A stretch of DNA of 64,000 nucleotides from assembly GCF_001194135.2 (NCBI RefSeq), contig NC_068992.1, forward strand, positions 13,213,421 through 13,277,420, in the 5' to 3' direction. Positions 53,879-64,000 of the stretch are shown in pieces. The stretch's first letter is position 1. Each line of letters begins with the position of its first letter. This stretch comes from Octopus bimaculoides (lineage: Eukaryota). A program made the translations under genes and the position numbers. The notes under the pieces are model-generated. The model made no database searches, was not told where the DNA came from, and saw only the letters and a list, made by a program, of their open reading frames with translations.

Positions 53879-54110
53879 AATTCTTACAATTAAAAGGGTA
53901 AAGGATTATCAATTTATTAATAAATTAATAATTAATAATTTTTACCAAGCCCTGTTGCTGAACCCTTAATTTTGTTTATAAATGTATAAGAACTTTTAAA
54001 TAAGTTCCACACCGATAATGGTGCTTACATACCGAAGGACTTGGTAAAAATTATTAATTATTAATTTATCAATAAATTGATAATCCTTTACCCTTTTAAT
54101 TGTAATAATT
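53879..54110. mobile_element. AT-rich MITE-like element with ~74-bp near-perfect terminal inverted repeats
   Basis: 53879-53952 versus the reverse complement of 54036-54110 differ at about 3 positions, with a ~83-bp spacer. Confidence 0.85.
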
Positions 54111-54869
54111 ATATATATATATTTATATATATATGTGTATGCCCGTCTGTATGTATATAATTACGTTGCGTATTTTTCCTCCATTTATGTGTATTACCTT
54201 TGCTCTATCCAATGTATTCTATACACGATGTCAGTTGTTAATGCATCATTATAATATTTAGCCGGATGATTGATGAATTCCCCTCAAGTAATCATCATGA
54301 ATATGCACTTACAGATGCTACTAACTCAATACTGTGTACGTAATTTTGGATGATTGGAACATATATTAATGAAGACCGATTACACTTTAGCCTTATAAAA
54401 TCAGCAGTGATCAGCCCTATATCTACTTATATCAAAGCATTCTATTCTAAATTAGATTCGGATACTCTAAAATTCATAAATCTCACTCCATGATTATTAA
54501 GATAAACTCTTTCGTAAATGATTCCACATAAGAATCAATCGTATATCACAAAGTAAATATTGTATCACAATGGTAAAGAAGGTATTCTGAGGCGTGGAAT
54601 TAATTAGAAATTTCGTCTAAAATACGCAAGCATTTTAATTTACAAATCTTAGCCTTGAGGTAATATCCCATTACTAATCCCAAAATATATGAATTCTTCG
54701 TTTAACTTAGCAAGAATCATAATATAATACAATTGCAAATATGCCGTTGTGATAATACTAATACTGAAATCAAGATAATAGAATAAATCATGTAGCTATT
54801 TCTAGATTATGAATGTGTGCTGTGTGTGTTGTTGTGTGTCTGTGTTTTGTGTGTGTGTGCGCGTGCGTG

Positions 54870-54927
<58 letters not shown>

Positions 54928-55149
54928 CTCTTTCTCTTTTTAATTTAGTGTACTTGAGTAGATGTTTGTGCAGGAAAGCGTTTTTTTTTTCAACTATCGG
55001 CCTTTAAATATAATCCCAGATATCTTGCGAAATTGTAGCGTATGAATTAAAGATTTCCATCTCTTCCTAAGATCCCGAGTTGAGTTATATTTTGCTCGTG
55101 GCGCCTGTATGCATGTATGTATGTGTGCATGTGTTTGTTTGTGAGTGTG

Positions 55150-55225
55150 TATGTATGTATGTATGTATGAATGGATGGATGGATGGATGGATGGATGGAT
55201 GGATGGATGGATGGATGGATGGATT
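55150..55225. repeat. (TATG)n-(GATG)n compound microsatellite
   Basis: Directly visible. Confidence 0.95.
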
Positions 55226-55539
55226 GGTAGAGGTCTGTATGGTCCACAATCCCGATTTACAGATACTGAAAAATATTACCTATCTATGCTATTTAGCAGC
55301 ATCATAAACATTAATCTGTTATTTTATGCTATAGGGTACGTTGTCAGGTTTATGTTAATTCCGTTATCTCAATAATTGTGGTTGTCATTAATTTATTGTC
55401 CTACTAATTTAATGAATAGAATTATAATTACTATGTTTTTAGAGGTACTGATTCAACAGTTATCATGCAGTATCTTCACTAACATTTTCATTCATACATT
55501 TTCTTTGTATAAGAGACATTTTCTTTGTAGTTACCTACT

Positions 55540-55685
55540 TTGGCCCGCACTGCAGTACAGTTCCACATTGCTTATGCAACCTAATTTAGCTGATCGGTAA
55601 AAGTGGGCGATAAAGTAAGTACCAGAGTGGGGTCAATTCTTTCAGCTAAGATTATTCAATGAGTGAAACAAGTAAATAAGTAATG
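55540..55685 (+). mobile_element. SINE family A remnant
   Basis: gataaagtaagtaccagagtggggtcaattctttc...gagtgaaacaagtaaataag resembles the SINE 3' block. Confidence 0.4.
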
Positions 55686-57090
55686 ATTAAAGCTAATTAA
55701 AAACATAGACGCGAATATAGAATCAGATATGAATAAATAATTGTGGTTCCATGCAGAAAAAATACATTCATAATGTGTGTGTGTGTACATGCATTTATAT
55801 AGGAGCGCAAATTATAAATAATATTGAGGAGAATGCACAACCGTATACACAAAAATAAATACACACACATGCATGCTGGAAGAAAACTACCGAGAGAGCA
55901 ACTAAGTGACATAATTCACTTTCGATCTTTACATGCTATTAATGTAATTCATATTTTAATTTAATATATTTATAAATATATTCTAAGATGCTTATCCGGA
56001 ACACGGATGCCTTTCTGAAGTTATTCAATGGTGGTGATGAATATGTCCCGCATGACTATATTTCCGTCGTTTAAGAGAGAAGACATGCTACTTGTTCACA
56101 ATCTTGTAATAAAGTCATTAATGATTGATTAGCTAAACTGGATATTGCATACATAACCATTCATCAAATGAAGTAGAAGATAAATTGCGTTAAGCTTGAT
56201 GCTACATTCACAAGCCGACATTTCTATAGATTCTATGGCTGCCATATTTAATAAGATGTTAAACTAGAAAGTGAGAATAATAGCTAGTGATATAGATAGG
56301 GTGGATAAAGAGATGGAAACGAATAGACTATGATTTTAGACAGGCGGACACAGAGACGGTGGAAGAGATCAACATATTAAGAATTTATGATAACATCTAC
56401 ATGGTTGCACGAATGGTTTTCCACAAGTACTTAATTTTAATTAATTAAGCTAAATGGACATTTAATATCTTCATAATACAATTAAGTAGTCTTAGCTAAT
56501 TGTGTGAGAGTGAACGTGTTTATATGTGTCCCTGTATAGCAGCGTGTATGTGTCTTGTTTGCAATTATACTGCAACAGTTGTGCTTGAAATAGTAGATAA
56601 TTATACGACAAGGTACGATAGGGGGTATTGTAGATTTCCAAGTACACTGTTGGAATGAATCTGTCGCAATTCGATTGTGACTGAAATTTCTTTGAGATGT
56701 AAGTATGCATTGTATATATGTGACCAGCGTTGTTCATAAAATCACTAAATATGCGCACGCCGTGGATTCAGAATTTTTTTAAATGTCCTTAGTTGTATGG
56801 TTCATGCATTCATCTGAAGAAAGCATGTAATGATGTAATGTACTCATTATTCAATTAAATAATTCGTTGGAAACAGCTGTAATGGATTGGCACTTATTTA
56901 TCGTTTGCGATTTATTTATTTATGATTCATCTCTCTCGGAAACTGCCCTTCACATCTATTGACTGCATGTTATTGACTGCATATTATTGACTGCATATTC
57001 AATATAATGTACTTTTCTGAATTAGCCCAAGGGCTGATGATATACACAGTTGGGTTCAAATAATTTTATACGTAACCTGAATCTCTATCT

Positions 57091-57840
57091 CCGTACACCC
57101 CTTTCACCATGGCCACCAGTACGATAAAAACTGCCTTGCTTTCCCTGTTGAGAGAAGGTGGCGGAACAACTATCAGGAGAGACTCGGCCGACAGGCGGAC
57201 TCGTTCCACACGTGACATCTGCCGTTCGGCATAAACCTACAGGTCCGAAATAGTTGGACACTGCACGAGTGCGTGCAGAACGGTTTCATCGCTCTGACAG
57301 CATCTTGGGCAAGTTGGTCCGGTGTGTCTCGAGCCATGCCTGTCGATCTTATCCCGAAGAGGTAATGCTCCTTGATAGAACTGTCAGGTCAGGGATCTTT
57401 GGTAATTGCCCATAGATCCTGGCTCGAAAGGTGTCCTGAACAGGCGGGTCAGGTGTTCCTCGTCGAAACGCAGATTCTGCCCGGGAACGCCATCGCACCT
57501 TCTCTCCACTAATCCTCTATGGGACGCCTTTGTTATAATGAAGTCACACAAATTTCGTCCTAGATGGCAGAGTTGCTTGAGAGCAACGCGACACTCGCGG
57601 TGCCATTCACCTAACCTCGGTCTCTGTTTGATCCACGGCGGCAGTTCGGCGAAAGAGACGAGCTGCGGGAATCCGCGCCGCACAAATGGCGACCACACCT
57701 GTTCACCGTCGTATATGAAGCGCCGGAGACGTCGCAGTCTCAGCGCATGTCTGCGCATCATCAGCCACGGCATGCCTAGCCCTTCATTCAGCGGATGTTG
57801 ACAGAAAACGGATCACCCAACCATCGGAACGCTTCCCGGA
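57091..57840 (-). mobile_element. L1/Tx1-clade LINE ORF2 fragment (post-RT region plus CCHC knuckle)
   Basis: A single frame reads GSVPMVG*SVFCQHPLNEGLGMPWLMMRRHALRLRRL (Tx1-like P..GGLG.P), ORF 57384-57773, then *QFYQGALPLRDKIDRHG...TCPRCCQSDETVLHALVQC (C-X2-C-X8-H-X4-C at 57258-57311), PTISDL*VYAE. It is GC-rich and has three in-frame stops. Confidence 0.85.
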
Positions 57841-57892
57841 GATAGATAAATTGATAGGTGGATAGATGGATATATATATATATACATATACA

Positions 57893-57895
<3 letters not shown>

Positions 57896-57945
<50 letters not shown>

Positions 57946-58016
57946 NNNNNNNNNNNNNNNNNNNNNNNNNNNNNNNNNAATTCAACATGGTGGATGCAGA
58001 AAATAAGACATACTGG

Positions 58017-58047
<31 letters not shown>

Positions 58048-58065
58048 GCAGACAGACAGACATAC

Positions 58066-58125
<60 letters not shown>
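57896..58125. repeat. (GA)n, gap, then (GACA)n-(GATA)n
   Basis: Directly visible. Confidence 0.95.
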
Positions 58126-59291
58126 TTAGGTATATAAATAATGATTGAAATATGTGCGTATTACATTCTGTCAAAGAATGCGAACGTAACGAATATTTCA
58201 GCCCACGAGGATTAGTTTTAAATCCCTGGTCATAATTATTTTGAGTCAAGACTAAATTTATCATATAAAACGAAGCAAGTTTATATTCTTTGCCAGACAT
58301 TTCTCTCGCTACGATGGAAAACTATTTGACAATTTAGTTTCCATAATTTTAGATATCACGATGCTTTACGATATCAATTGGACAATGAAGTGATCGTTAA
58401 AAAAAAGATTTCACATTAAAAGTATTATCAACCAGATGTATCACGCGACAATAGTAAATACAAAGTTGCTACGCATATAGTCTCCTTAATTAACAATATT
58501 TGTCTTAGTATGTGAATTGAAGAATTTACAATTCAAAAGAAATCGTTAAAATACAGTTTGTTGCTGCGCTAAATAATTCAAATTTTATGTTAAGTCAACA
58601 AAAGGTCAGGCTTTTCTTATCAATAGGGCAAATATTGCTAAAGAGGAAACCTCATTAACCGTTATTCTGTCTTGCTTATGGAATCAGAAAATATCAAAAT
58701 TAATAAGAAAATCTTTTCAACGATGTCGTTTCCATTTTTTCTTGGGAAACTAGTGTTTCCTTTCTCAAAATTCTGCTCTCGATATTATAACCCCCTTACT
58801 AAGTTCTACATTTCTAAAAATGTAATCATTATAATTATGCTCATACATGCGTTATTGAGAATTTATAAAGAAACGCAATCGATGTTATCACAAGTTGTAG
58901 GCACGCATTGAAAACTGTTTCAAAATAGAGGGTAAAGTTAAAAAAGAATTACTTCACTTTAGGGACTTTCTAGGTGTCCTTTAGGGAGCATGTACACGTT
59001 ACATCCACATGACTAGCAGTTACTATGATAATATTATGCAGAGAGATTGCATTAGGTCAGACATCATTTTGAACACAAGATTTCATAAATGGCACTTTTA
59101 TTCGTGAATTCCATAATACTTTTACATCGTTTCTATGCTACTATAAATATGAACTCAGGACGAATAGCTCAGGACGATTTCCTTTGTAGAAATACATAAT
59201 TAAATCGAATGACGAAATGAACAGGACTAGAAAGGTAGGTGAAAGTGCCTTTGCTTGTATTTACAATATTGGTTTCTAATTTTGTCATAAG

Positions 59292-59415
59292 GCCAGCAAT
59301 TTTAGGGAAGTAGTTAAGTCGATTACATTGATTCCAGTGATCAACTGATACGAATATCATCTACACCGACACAAGGACGAAATGCGTCGAAGCATTTCTC
59401 CAACTTGCTTGCAAT
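59292..59415 (-). mobile_element. SINE family B remnant
   Basis: cagcaatttt...aagtcgattacattgattccagtgatcaactgatac...ggacgaaatgcgtcgaagcattt matches family B in reverse. Confidence 0.5.
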
Positions 59416-59929
59416 TCTCCAACTTGCTTGCACTTATTTACGATATTACTTGACACTTTCATTCAAATAAAACTAACGTTTACAAAACTTGAAGTTAACT
59501 TGGAATGTTCGCATTTAGAACAATTTAGATAGTTATTGATTGATAAATTAGGAAATAATCATTAGTTGCTAAACTGACCGTCAAAATCAAGAATATTTAT
59601 CACATATGTAAAGAAGAAATTACCATTACGATTTCAAGCTGGTCTTCTCGGTTAAACGATATTTTCATAAGGCTGAATAATTATAAACTTTGTTACTATA
59701 GTTATAAGAAACTTCCATTGCAACATATGGTTGTTATGTATGTATATATGCATGTATATATGTGCGTTTCTATGTACGTATGTGTGCATGTGTGTATGTA
59801 TTTCTGATGTGTGAATGTACGTATGTATATGGTGTGGCCTATGTGTGTGTCCATATGTAAATATATAAATATATGTACATATATATTTACATACCTACGC
59901 GAGTAGACACACATTTAGATATATGAATG

Positions 59930-60083
59930 TTATGTATTGTGGTAATATGTCTGCTTTCCATCCTCGTGGTTCCGGGTTCCGTTCCACTACTTGGAACTTA
60001 AATCAGACTCTTCGAATATCGCCTCTGGCCGATTTACACCTTGTAAATGGACTTGGTAGGCAGTAGCTGAATGAAGTCTGCAC

Positions 60084-60085
<2 letters not shown>
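59930..60085 (+). mobile_element. SINE family A 5' half, degenerate
   Basis: tgtggtaatatgtctgctttcc...gtggttccgggttccgttccactac...cttgtaaatggacttggtagg. Confidence 0.55.
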
Positions 60086-60127
<42 letters not shown>

Positions 60128-60599
60128 NNNNNNNNNNACAAGTTTTTGGTGCATTTACTTGGTGCTAAATTTTGGTGCTAAATTACAAAATATACTGATT
60201 CAAAATATACTTCTGTTTAGAAGTGTGAGTGTTAATAATTTAAATATACAATAAATGTTATAAAAAGAACAACACATTTCAAATAGATGAAATAATTAAG
60301 TAAAGAAAATTTACAACGGTCATAAAATGCTCTTATGGATCTTCAACAATATTAATCGAAAAATAATTTAATCGAAAATAATCACTGGCCCTTTTATGAT
60401 ATGTAATATATTAGCAATTGACGGTAGAGTAGAATATATGTTATGTTTAAAATTACTATATCCTATAATGAAAAAGAAATTAATACGGATATATGAATAA
60501 ATACGGATAAATATATTCAGACACTAAATTCATTTTAAAAATTCATTCACTCATAAATTACTGCCAAATACGCCCCTATTAAACATAGGTATAAAACTG

Positions 60600-61215
60600 C
60601 GATTATTATAAACTATACTATATCATAGTATATCATACATAATAATGATTATAATATATAAATAAATAAATATGAGTTTTACAGAAGGAAATAAATTAAG
60701 GTAACCCAATATATTTATTGTATAAATGTATATATGTTTACGTTTTAGAAGGATCCTAATATGACAGTATCTGCTAAATATTATAGGTACTACAAAAAAT
60801 ATTCATATATACATAATTATTCAAAATTATATATAATTAGATATAATAATATGTAATAATGATTATTCTAATTTATTTATTCCTACTAAATACCGAGTAC
60901 AAAACACAAATTTACTTAGTTTATCATAAGAAATACCTCCATAAATAAAATAAACAAATGCATAAAGCTACGATTATTATAAAGTGCATTATTTCTTAGA
61001 TAAAATATTAATAATATATAAATTTTAAAAAGTACCATAATTTTAGTTGGTTTTACAGAAGGAAATAAATTAGAGTAAATAAATGGTTATATTATTCAAT
61101 ATATCATATCACTATGTACATACAAGAACATATGATGAAATATACTAAACCTAATAGGGACTACAACATATATACACATATTCATTATTATTCAAAAATA
61201 TATATAATTGTATAC
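60600..61215 (+). repeat. Degenerate AT-rich tandem duplication, period ~370 bp
   Basis: cgattattataaa at 60600 and 60971; gttttacagaaggaaataaatta at 60676 and 61050; attattcaaaa.tatatataatt near the end of both units. Confidence 0.6.
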
Positions 61216-61845
61216 ACTGATTATTTTCATTTATTTATTCGTATTTATACAAACATTATGCAGACACTTCTAGTGTCTGCATAGCAGACACTACAGGTGC
61301 ACTTCTTTAAATGGTTTGTGCTCGGATATTTGTGAGGAAAGTTGTGCAAATATCTATTTTAATAATGCTAACGTGCTTTAAAGAGGAAGTTTGAAACATA
61401 AAAAGAACTAAAATCAAAACGAGACGAGAAGGGGAAGTGTAATTTCAAGGAAAACATACAATATCATTTAAAGAGGTGAGGAGTATACGTATGTGGTTAA
61501 ATCTGTGTGTGTATGTGTGTCTGTGTGAGTGTATGTGCGTGTGTGCATTGCATGTCTCTGTGTTCGTCTGTGTAGAGTTCTGTGCCTTTGTGTTTGTCTG
61601 TATAAAGTTTTGTTTCTGTTGCGTACGGTTAATTCATTTCCTTACTTGATATAAAATCAGTCTTTTGTTATTGCGTATGGCCGTTCAGTGAATGTTTATA
61701 CAAAAGATGTAATGATGACATAGATTTCATTAAAGTACACTTGAAGATGTTGCCAGCGAATGTAAAAACATAATGAAACTGTGTTTTGATATCTCTAAAT
61801 TTCAATTACGTGCATATCTTAAAATATATATATAATACTTTCATA

Positions 61846-61889
<44 letters not shown>

Positions 61890-62759
61890 TGTATGTACGT
61901 ATGTGTATTTTTTCAATATTTACAAATAACACGGACAAAATAAACAAATAGTTACCAGGGTAGCAAAAATTCACACACGTTCCAAGGATGTAACAGCCTA
62001 CTTATAAAGGTATAAATGCCAGGTTTTGGTGAAATGTGTTTGTATGACATAGATAAATAAATAAATGGAGTTAAAGGCAGGTGTTATTCAAATATTTATA
62101 CTTCCGACATGTGTTTCAAAGAAACCATTGGTATTATTCCAGAAGGAATAAAATGATGTAGAACAATGCATTCATCTCATCAGCGAAAACAGGCGAAACT
62201 GAAAGCATGAATAAGGCATTTTACCCGAAAGTGATTACTGCATACACTTATTGTTCGCTCTGTAACGATGAACTGTAGTTCATCATGTCGACAGATAATC
62301 ATCTTGTAAACATGCTTAAAGAATGCATTTATTGTTCCAAACATTGGCTAAATTCGACCTTTAACTGTCTTCTTACATTTCACTGCCACTAAATATATCT
62401 ATTTCCACGCATTTAATCATTATTCCTATTCACCTATTGAACTATATTTCTCTAGTTTTAGATTTCCGTTAATTTCTTTCTTCCTCCTGCTTTTTTTTTT
62501 CTATAAATTGCCTTTGACGTTATATCTATTAATATCTTCTTTTTTAAATAACTTACCAACGTTCGCTTCATCATACATGTACTAATCACATTCTGTTAAG
62601 CTGTCTTATTGATGCGTTTTGTTTCTCCTTTTTTCCCTGATGAGAAGATTGCAATGTTTTATATCATTTTATTCCCTCTGGAATAACAACAATCTTTTCT
62701 TCGAAACATATGTCGGAAGTATAAAGATTTGAATAATACATGCGTTTAGCTCCATTGAT

Positions 62760-62798
<39 letters not shown>

Positions 62799-63579
62799 AC
62801 AATCAATATATCTATCTATCTATCCATCCATCTATCTACCTAACTTTATATATATANNNNNNNNNNNNNNNNNNNNNNNNNNNNNNNNNNNNNNNNNNNN
62901 NNNNNNNNNNNNNNNNNNNNNNNNNNNNNNNNNNNNNNNNNNNNNNNNNNNNNNNNNNNNNNNNNNNNNNNNNNNNNNNNNNNNNNNNNNNNNNNNNNNN
63001 NNNNNNNNNNNNNNNNNNNNNNNNNNNNNNNNNNNNNNNNNNNNNNNNNNNNNNNNNNNNNNNNNNNNNNNNNNNNNNNNNNNNNNNNNNNNNNNNNNNN
63101 NNNNNNNNNNNNNNNTATATATATATATATATATATATATCTGTCTAGTGTGTTATCTGGAGCTTACATGGATCTTCCTAAGATGAACATACTGCTGTCA
63201 TTTTAACACGTCTCAAATCATTTAAAATTCTGACTTGATAGATTAATTTAGAAGTAGCCACTTTCATATGAACAAGTGCTTAAACATCCCGTAATTATGC
63301 AATTAGCTCAAAGCAACAGACGTTTTCAGTATACAGTATATGCGACTGTGTTTCTGCAGTAGAAATATGTTATATATACATGTGTGTGTGTGTGTGTGGA
63401 TATATGTGTGTCAGATGCAATGCATCAGGCAAAGTATTTTAGTCTAAGTATCGATTCATCCAATTGTACCTTATAAATATAAAGAGAAAGGGAATATATT
63501 GAGAGATATGTATATTTCTACGAATATTTTTAAACACCTCTGTTAACCAAAATTTACTTCAAATTATATCCGGCAGTTG

Positions 63580-63680
63580 TGTAGAATGCTGTCAGTCGAC
63601 TCTAACGACACTAATACTCACCTGGTATTTATGAAATGCAAAGTTGTCGACGAATGCAAAATTTGAGCTTAAAACAGAAA
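63580..63680 (-). mobile_element. SINE family B remnant
   Basis: cagtcgactctaacgac..tactcacctggtattta-tgaaatgcaaagttgtcgac...aatttgagctt follows the family B reverse consensus with a deletion. Confidence 0.45.
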
Positions 63681-64000
63681 AAACGCACAACATATCGCTC
63701 CGTATGTGCGCTAGCGATTCTTCCAGCTTGATACCTCATCTATTATTCACATATGTTATAATTATATATATCACATTATGTGCCTTACACTTTCTACCTC
63801 TCTCATCTGTGAAGCTCCCTTAATCTAAGCCTCTTTCTCACTGTCAGTCACAATGTTGTGTATGTGTGCGCTTGTGTGAATGTGTGAATGTGCGCGTGTT
63901 TCTGTGTGTAATTCTCTGTCTCCATGCCGGCATATGTGAGTCAGATATACTTCCCGACATAGTTTCGTACTTTGAAGTGCATGACGAAGTATATTGGAAA

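Noticed and set aside
57091-57840. Bacterial contamination or a host gene as the explanation for the GC-rich ORF
   Set aside because: The Tx1/L1 motifs, CCHC knuckle and in-frame stops identify a retroelement fragment.
63622-63667. 46-nt minus-strand exon candidate with strong sites (ttttctgttttaag|...ccag|gtgagt)
   Set aside because: It lies within a decayed SINE family B copy and is not frame-preserving. It would need junction reads before being called SINE exonisation.

Overview
AT-rich eukaryotic, repeat-dense DNA, most likely an intron or intergenic tract from a short-read octopus (coleoid cephalopod) assembly. The taxon is inferred from the SINE families, the extreme microsatellite load and 19 N-gaps (about 4 kb), most of which abut (TA)n. 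No host protein-coding gene, tRNA, rRNA or CRISPR array can be supported. Most ORFs in the track are translated microsatellites or N-gaps. The recognisable protein homology is all from decayed transposons: two CR1/L2-type LINE ORF2 pieces (1.6-2.4 kb, 9.2-9.5 kb), an R4/Dong C-terminus with a CCHC knuckle and restriction-like endonuclease (23.3-23.95 kb), an L1/Tx1 C-terminal piece (57.1-57.8 kb), a probable RTE 3' end (16.2-16.6 kb), two mariner derivatives (6.0-6.6 kb, 34.5-35.1 kb), two MITEs, two Penelope-like termini with hammerhead-like cores and many tRNA-derived SINE copies. The best signals not explained by these are a CpG-dense GC island at 30.5-30.66 kb containing a 49-nt GT-AG intron-like unit, several long foldbacks (possible dsRNA/ADAR substrates), two weak exon candidates and some unusual tandem or inverted repeats. 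No novel system is demonstrated. All findings are hypotheses from manual reading, with no database searches run.
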